From the NCBI GenBank assembly GCA_036012755.1, contig DASCPX010000119.1:1-31859 (forward strand): DNA of 31,859 bases, given 5' to 3'. Shown piece after piece: positions 26,591-31,859 of this stretch. A program made the position numbers and the translations under genes. How positions within the stretch are numbered: the stretch's first letter is position 1; the number at the start of each line of letters is the position of its first letter. This stretch comes from Myxococcota bacterium (GTDB lineage Bacteria; Myxococcota_A; UBA796; CAJQPC01). Under the pieces are notes generated by a model. The model was not told the origin of the DNA and did not search any database. It saw only the letters and a program-made list of their open reading frames with translations.

Positions 26591-26797
26591 ATGCTGAGCC
26601 AGGGTGTCGAGCTCATGGCCGTGGGGATGACCACGGTGTTCGCCTTCCTGCTGTTGCTCGTGGGGCTCATGTACATCTCTGCGGCCGTGTTCGCCCGCTG
26701 GCCGGATGACGAGCCGCCCGATCCCGAGGCACCGGACGAAGACCTGGTGGCCATCGCCATCGCCCTGGCGGCCATCCAGCACAAGAGGGACCAATGA
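26591..26797 (+). CDS. oadG: Na+-translocating oxaloacetate decarboxylase gamma subunit
   Basis: GVELMAVGMTTVFAFLLLLV...AIAIALAAIQH; TAGGGT 7 nt before the ATG; precedes oadA/oadB. Confidence 0.88.
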   Translation: MLSQGVELMAVGMTTVFAFLLLLVGLMYISAAVFARWPDDEPPDPEAPDEDLVAIAIALAAIQHKRDQ

Positions 26798-28569
26798 AGC
26801 GCGTCAGCGTGATGACCACCGCCTTTCGGGACGGCTTTCAGTCCTGCGTGGGCGCTCGAGTGCTCACCGATGACTTCCTCCCTGCGGTGGAGGCGGCCCT
26901 CGCGGCGGGCTTCACCCACTTCGAAGCGGGAGGAGGGGCCCGCTACCAGGTGCCCTACCTCTACTGCAACGAAGACGCCTTCGACATGATGGACCGCTTC
27001 CGCGCCACCGTCGGCCCGGAAGCCAACCTCCAGACCCTGGCCCGCGGCGTGAATGTGGTCGGCCTGGACTCCCAGAGCTCCGACATCATCGACCTGCACG
27101 CGAAGATGTTCGCGAAGCACGGCATGACGACCATCCGGAACTTCGACGCCCTCAACGACGTGCGCAACCTGGCCTTCAGCGGGCGTTGCATCGCCGAGGC
27201 CGGGCTGAAGCACGAGGTCGTCGTCGCGATGATGGCCCTGCCGCCGGGCACCGACGGAGCTCACACACCCGAGTTCTACCTGAAGGTCGTCCACGACCTC
27301 CTCGAAGACGGCGTGCCCTTCAGCTCCGTCTGCTTCAAGGACGCATCGGGCACCGCGACCCCCTCGACGATCTACGAGACCATCCGCCTCGCCCGAAGGC
27401 GCCTCCCCGAGGGCACGCACATCCGCGTCCACACCCACGAGACCGCCGGCTGCTCGGTGATGCAGTACAAGGCGGCACTGGATGCTGGCGCCGACGGCAT
27501 CGATCTGTCCCTGGCGCCATGCTCGGGGGGCACGGCGCAGCCCGACGCCGTGGTCATGTGGCACGCCCTGCGCGGCACTGACTACGACCTTGGCTTCGAC
27601 ATCGACAAGGTCTTGGAGGCGGAAGAGGTCTTCAAGGACTGCATGAAGGACTACTTCATGCCCCCCGAGGCCTCCGCGGTGGAGCCGATCATCCCCTTCT
27701 CCCCGATGCCGGGTGGGGCCCTGACCGCCAACACCCAGATGATGCGGGACAACAACATGCTCGACCGCTACCCGGCGGTCATCCGCGCGATGAAGGAGGT
27801 CGTCGGCCGCGGCGGCTTCGGCACCTCGGTCACGCCCGTCTCGCAGTTCTACTTCCAGCAGGCCTTCAACAACGCCGTGATCGGGCCCTGGAAGCGCATC
27901 GCCGATGGCTACGGCAAGATGGTGCTCGGCTATTTCGGACGCACACCGCAGCCTCCCGACCCGGAGATCGTCGCGCTGGCCGCCGAGCAGCTCCAGCTCG
28001 AGCCCACCACCCGGGACCCGCGGGAGATCAACGACGAGGACCCCGCCAAGGGCGTCCCTGCCGCCACGGAGCGGCTGAAGGCCCACGGACTGCCGATCAG
28101 CGACGAGAGCGTCTTCATCTCCGCCAGCCTCAAGGACAAGGGCATCGCCTTCCTCAAGGGCGAGGCCACCATCGGCGTCCGCAAGAAGTCCAAGGAGGCC
28201 AGGGCGGACACGGCCCCCGCCGACCGGTACTCCGTGAGCGTCGGCGGCCGCAGCTTCGAGGTGCGCCTGGAGGGAGGCCGCGCCATCGTCGGTGGCAGGT
28301 CATACGACTACCGCGTCGAGGCTGGCGGGTCCGACGAGAGCGCGACGCCGACGGCTGGAAGCCCCGTCAACGCGGAGATGCCCGGCAAGATCGTGGACTT
28401 GAAGGTGGGCGTGGGCGACTCGGTCTCGGAGGGGCAGGCCCTGTTGGTCATGGAGGCCCTGAAGATGGAGCTGGACGTCGCCGCTCCCCGGGCTGGCACG
28501 GTGGCGAGCATCGCGGTGACAAAGGGCCAACAGGTGGCCGCGGGCGATCTGTTGGTCAGCCTGTCTTGA
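26794..28569 (+). CDS. oadA: Oxaloacetate decarboxylase alpha subunit (carboxyltransferase + biotin carrier)
   Basis: [31 protein letters not shown], biotin motif MEALKME. Confidence 0.9.
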   Translation: MKRVSVMTTAFRDGFQSCVGARVLTDDFLPAVEAALAAGFTHFEAGGGARYQVPYLYCNEDAFDMMDRFRATVGPEANLQTLARGVNVVGLDSQSSDIIDLHAKMFAKHGMTTIRNFDALNDVRNLAFSGRCIAEAGLKHEVVVAMMALPPGTDGAHTPEFYLKVVHDLLEDGVPFSSVCFKDASGTATPSTIYETIRLARRRLPEGTHIRVHTHETAGCSVMQYKAALDAGADGIDLSLAPCSGGTAQPDAVVMWHALRGTDYDLGFDIDKVLEAEEVFKDCMKDYFMPPEASAVEPIIPFSPMPGGALTANTQMMRDNNMLDRYPAVIRAMKEVVGRGGFGTSVTPVSQFYFQQAFNNAVIGPWKRIADGYGKMVLGYFGRTPQPPDPEIVALAAEQLQLEPTTRDPREINDEDPAKGVPAATERLKAHGLPISDESVFISASLKDKGIAFLKGEATIGVRKKSKEARADTAPADRYSVSVGGRSFEVRLEGGRAIVGGRSYDYRVEAGGSDESATPTAGSPVNAEMPGKIVDLKVGVGDSVSEGQALLVMEALKMELDVAAPRAGTVASIAVTKGQQVAAGDLLVSLS

Positions 28570-29699
28570 GCAGCTTCGGCGAGCTCTGGGAGGCGACCGG
28601 CGTCGCCAACATCACCCTGGGTCAGTTCGTCATGATCGCCGTCGGTCTGCTGCTCATCTGGCTCGCGATCAAGAAGGAGTTCGAGCCGCTGTTGCTGTTG
28701 CCCATCGGCTTCGGCGGCATCCTGGCGAACATCCCGATCGCGGAGATCTCCGGCGAAGACGGCTTCCTGGGCATCATCTACGACGCAGGGGTCTCCAACG
28801 GGCTCTTCCCCCTGCTCATCTTCATGGGTGTCGGGGCGCTCACCGACTTCTCCTCGCTCCTGGCCAACCCGCGCACGGCGGTGCTCGGGGCGGCCGCCCA
28901 GTTCGGCATCTTCACCACCCTGCTGGGAGCGCTGGCGCTGTCCGAGTACACGGGCTTCGTCGACTTCTCCCTGAAGGACGCAGCTGCCATCGGCATCATC
29001 GGAGGAGCGGACGGGCCCACCGCGATCTTCCTCGCCAGCCGGCTGTCCCCGGACCTGCTGGGGGCCATCGCCGTGGCGGCCTACTCCTACATGGCGCTGG
29101 TGCCGATCATCCAGCCGCCGATCATGAGGCTGCTGACGACCGAAGAGGAGCGCCGCCTGCCCATGAAGCAGCTGCGGCCGGTGAAGAAGGTCGAGCGCAT
29201 CGTCTTCCCCCTGGCGGTGTTGGGCCTGTGCATCCTGCTGTTGCCCGACGCGACCCCGCTCATCGGGGCGCTGATGTTCGGCAACCTGCTCAGCGAGTCC
29301 GGGGTGGTCGACCGCCTGGCGGGGGCGGCGAAGAACGAGCTGATCAACATCGTCACCATCCTGCTCGGGCTGGCGGTGGGCTCGAAGCTGGCGGCGGACC
29401 ACTTCCTGGGCGCGGAGACGCTGGGCATCCTGGCGCTGGGGTTGGTGGCCTTCGCGATCGGGACGGCTTCAGGGGTCATCCTCGCCAAGATCATGAACAA
29501 GCTCAGCAAGGACCCCATCAACCCCCTCATCGGCGCCGCGGGCGTGTCGGCGGTCCCGATGGCGGCTCGGGTGGTGAACAAGGTCGGGCAGGAGGCCAAC
29601 CCCAGCAACTACCTGCTGATGCACGCGATGGGTCCGAACGTGGCGGGGGTGATCGGCTCCGCGGTGGCGGCAGGCGTGCTGTTGGCCCTGGCCGGCTAG
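28566..29699 (+). CDS. oadB: Na+-translocating decarboxylase beta subunit
   Basis: [62 protein letters not shown] start overlapping TGA. Confidence 0.95.
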   Translation: MSSFGELWEATGVANITLGQFVMIAVGLLLIWLAIKKEFEPLLLLPIGFGGILANIPIAEISGEDGFLGIIYDAGVSNGLFPLLIFMGVGALTDFSSLLANPRTAVLGAAAQFGIFTTLLGALALSEYTGFVDFSLKDAAAIGIIGGADGPTAIFLASRLSPDLLGAIAVAAYSYMALVPIIQPPIMRLLTTEEERRLPMKQLRPVKKVERIVFPLAVLGLCILLLPDATPLIGALMFGNLLSESGVVDRLAGAAKNELINIVTILLGLAVGSKLAADHFLGAETLGILALGLVAFAIGTASGVILAKIMNKLSKDPINPLIGAAGVSAVPMAARVVNKVGQEANPSNYLLMHAMGPNVAGVIGSAVAAGVLLALAG

Positions 29700-29764
29700 C
29701 GTCGCGCTACCCCCCGGCCAGTTTTTGGTCGCCCCTCTCGATAGACCTCCCGAGAGGTACACAG

Positions 29765-30097
29765 ATGAACGATCAACTCGCCCGCACCATCCTGACCGAC
29801 CTGTCCGAGGGTCGAGTCCCACTCACCGTCGAGCCGCTCCCGCCTGGGAGCGTCTGCAATCGCATCGAGGTCGTACGGGCCCTGAACCGGGCCTTGCGCG
29901 GCTTCGGACGTCGAACCCAGGATCCCTCGCTGCCCACCAACACCGGACGGCGCTGGACCGGGGAGGAGGAGGGCCGTCTCGAGGCCGCGTTCACCGCTGG
30001 CGAAGACCCGAAGGCCATCGCCAAGGAGCTCGGGCGCACGGTGGGGAGCATCCGCTCGCGTCTCGAGCACCTGGGCTTGTTGGACGAGTCGGCCTGA
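29765..30097 (+). CDS. Small hypothetical protein with C-terminal Myb/HTH-like motif
   Basis: PTNTGRRWTGEEEGRL...F..G...IAKELGRTVGSIRSRLEHLG; GAGG SD. Confidence 0.75.
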   Translation: MNDQLARTILTDLSEGRVPLTVEPLPPGSVCNRIEVVRALNRALRGFGRRTQDPSLPTNTGRRWTGEEEGRLEAAFTAGEDPKAIAKELGRTVGSIRSRLEHLGLLDESA

Positions 30098-30105
30098 CCG
30101 GGGGC

Positions 30106-30339
30106 CTACGCGGCCGGTTGCGTCGGGCGGACCGCGACCACGTCGTGGGGATCGACTTGGCGCAGGTCCCGCACATCCAGGGTCAGGAGGGCGCGGGCGC
30201 CCCCGCCGACGGTGACGAACTCCACCTCGTAGGTGCGTTCGTCGTATGCCTCCACCACTGCGCCGAGGTCGCCGCGGGCGAGCCCGTGGTCCGGGAGGTC
30301 CCGGACGAGGACGACGGGTTCCAGGGCGTCGAAGGTCAA
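30106..30339 (-). CDS. DUF4926 domain protein (putative antitoxin/immunity)
   Basis: VVLVRDLPDHGLARGDLGAVVE...YEVEF...G. TTG start overlaps the upstream TGA. Confidence 0.82.
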   Translation of the reverse strand: MTFDALEPVVLVRDLPDHGLARGDLGAVVEAYDERTYEVEFVTVGGGARALLTLDVRDLRQVDPHDVVAVRPTQPAA

Positions 30340-30530
30340 GAGGATGGTCCGGGGTAGAGGGTCACCAGGCGCGGCGCATCTTCGCCGTGCTCCAGGATCC
30401 AGATTGACACGACCGAGGCTTCGATGCAGCCGGGCCGAGGAGGGGGCCCTCGATGCGGTACTTGCGGCCGAAGGGGTTGCCACCGGCCGGGTCCGCGTCC
30501 AACCTGGTCCCCAGGAGAGCCTTCAAGACC
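30336..30530 (-). pseudogene. DUF6883-like remnant, N-terminally truncated and frameshifted
   Basis: NPFGRKYRIEGPLLGP in one frame and VVSIWILEHGEDAPRLVTLYP in another, with the shift at ~30430. Confidence 0.65.
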
Positions 30531-30551
30531 CAACGCAGCGTTCTGAATTGG

Positions 30552-30915
30552 ATGGCACTCGGCCTGTTGGGCCTTGTGGGTTGCCCCACCGCCCAGCCCA
30601 CGCCCGACCCACTCGCCGCTACGTCAGGGACCATCGAGTGGCGGATTCTGCGGATTGACGAGCGGGGGAGAGCTTCACTGCGACGCCGACCTGGCGGACG
30701 ACGCAACCGCCCTGCCGGGTGACGTCGCTGGGGCTTTCGAAAGCGTGTCGGTACACCCGGAGACCGTCCTAAGCGGCTGCGGAATCACACTCGATCAGGG
30801 GCTCAGCTGTTGGGGTGACTTGGTACGAACGCCTGCGAATGCCGACCTGCGGTGGGCAGAGTAGCGTCGAGGGTGAGCGCTACTCAGCCAAAAGGGCGTG
30901 CCTGACTTCGGAGCG
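30552..30915 (+). pseudogene. Relic of an RCC1/BLIP-II-like repeat lipoprotein
   Basis: MALGLLGLVGC lipobox in one frame; FCGLTSGGELHC and GCGITLDQGLSCWG in another; early stop at 30864. Confidence 0.5.
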
Positions 30916-31252
30916 CTGAACGCCGGCGCGGCATGATCGACTGAGGCTCGTCGGGCCGGCCCTCCGCGCTGAGCAGCGTGTCGAAGCAGTCCTCGGGAGG
31001 GCTGCGGCGGAAAGGGCGAGGGTGGCCGTCTCAAGCGGCTCTTCCTCCCCGGACCCGCAATGGCCCGACAGGGCCGCAGGGGCAATCCAGGGCGTGCGAC
31101 AAGGTCTGACAGAGACCACTCCCCGGCCCAGCAGTCCTCTGCCTCGTTAGGAGAAGAGCGGCGAGCCCAAGTTAAGGGGCCGCGAGCAGGTCGGCTGGTG
31201 GCCTGGACGAGACGCGGCGCCGGTCACAGGTTGTTCCGGACACCCTGGCCGG

Positions 31253-31859
31253 GTATCCCTCCGGCGAACCCAGGCCCGGCGGTTCAGGCGCGCTGGGATA
31301 GGCGCCGTGCCCGCCATGCAGCGGGCTCCAGCTCCAGGACGCGGTTGGCGGGCCAGGCGTTCAGCTGGGGCAGGACGTCGGTCAGGTACAGCCAGGGGTC
31401 GATGGCGTTGACCATGCAGGTACCAATCAAGGAGAACCAGGTCGCTGCGGTCTGCGCGCCTCCCTCGGAGCCCGCGAACATCCAGTTCTTTCGGCCAACG
31501 ACGGGTTGTCGAAGCAGCAACTCGCTGAGGTTGTTGTGCGCGGGGATGGCGCCGTTGTCGATGAACACGACCAGAGTGTCCCACTGGCGTAGTACGTAGT
31601 TCGCGGCCTTGGCCAGCGGCGAATTTGGGGGTTCGCTCAGGGTCAGCGCCTGACACCAAGCGCGGAATGCCTGAAGAATCGGCCAGGTCGTGGCCCTTCG
31701 TTCACGCGCCCGGTCGGCTGCAGACAACTCTCGGAAGCGCCGCTCCATCTGGAAGACCTCGCGGATGGTCTCCAGGGCGTGATGGACGTGGCGGGGGTCG
31801 GTGTCGCGTGCCTCCCAGAACTTGCGGCGGGCGTGGGCCCAGCAGCCGGCTCGAACCAC
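31253..31859 (-). mobile_element. IS66-family element, right part with probable terminal inverted repeat
   Basis: GTATCCCTCCGGCGAACCC at 31253 resembles IS66 GTAAGCGTCC..GAACC ends, 31 nt past the transposase stop. Confidence 0.75.
31284..31859 (-). CDS. tnpC: IS66 transposase TnpC, C-terminal part (5' end outside window)
   Basis: AGCWAHARRKF, LAKAANY, NNLSE, GRKNWMFAGSEGG, SLIGTC...DPWLYLTDVL. Confidence 0.92.
   Translation of the reverse strand: MVRAGCWAHARRKFWEARDTDPRHVHHALETIREVFQMERRFRELSAADRARERRATTWPILQAFRAWCQALTLSEPPNSPLAKAANYVLRQWDTLVVFIDNGAIPAHNNLSELLLRQPVVGRKNWMFAGSEGGAQTAATWFSLIGTCMVNAIDPWLYLTDVLPQLNAWPANRVLELEPAAWRARRLSQRA

Noticed and set aside
24653..26794. 713-aa version of the regulator from the ORF track
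   Set aside because: The extension is antisense to SCO and oadG; an SD-preceded GTG at 25969 is the plausible start.
30880..31250. Small ORFs or structured ncRNA left of the IS66 end
   Set aside because: Only short stems expected by chance at this GC content; no recognisable RNA family or protein motif.

Overview
High-GC bacterial DNA. Gene content (Asp-rich TSP3-repeat OmpA, many short-signal lipoproteins, sigma54 site) suggests Myxococcota or a related deltaproteobacterial lineage; this is an inference. Bases 1-7269 are the distal end of a contractile injection system (eCIS/Afp-like) locus. It comprises the (KGGGS)n tail of an upstream gene, a stand-alone gpD/gp27-like hub, gp25, a very large 1178-aa baseplate wedge protein, a tail-protein-I-like subunit, and a terminal 312-aa protein with a fibre/TssK-type N-terminus but no fibre. 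Next come a type IV pilin and an unusual ubiquitin-like + 4TM + C4HC3 zinc-finger membrane protein. The middle and right hold lipoproteins, ompA, a broken vWA lipoprotein gene, bpt/ate, a PqqB-like MBL hydrolase, tRNase Z, an uncharacterised Rossmann protein, an acyl-CoA ligase, an XRE-cupin regulator, ahpC, a desaturase, ctaA/ctaB, a degenerate sigma54-activator-like regulator, SCO and oadGAB. The right end is decayed: DUF4926 with a broken DUF6883-like partner, an RCC1-like relic and an IS66 end. Non-coding signals include at least seven TAnnnT-N6/7-start (leaderless) promoters, back-to-back -10 elements in two 23-nt divergent spacers, and a probable CTG start. All family assignments are from motif recognition by eye; no searches were run.
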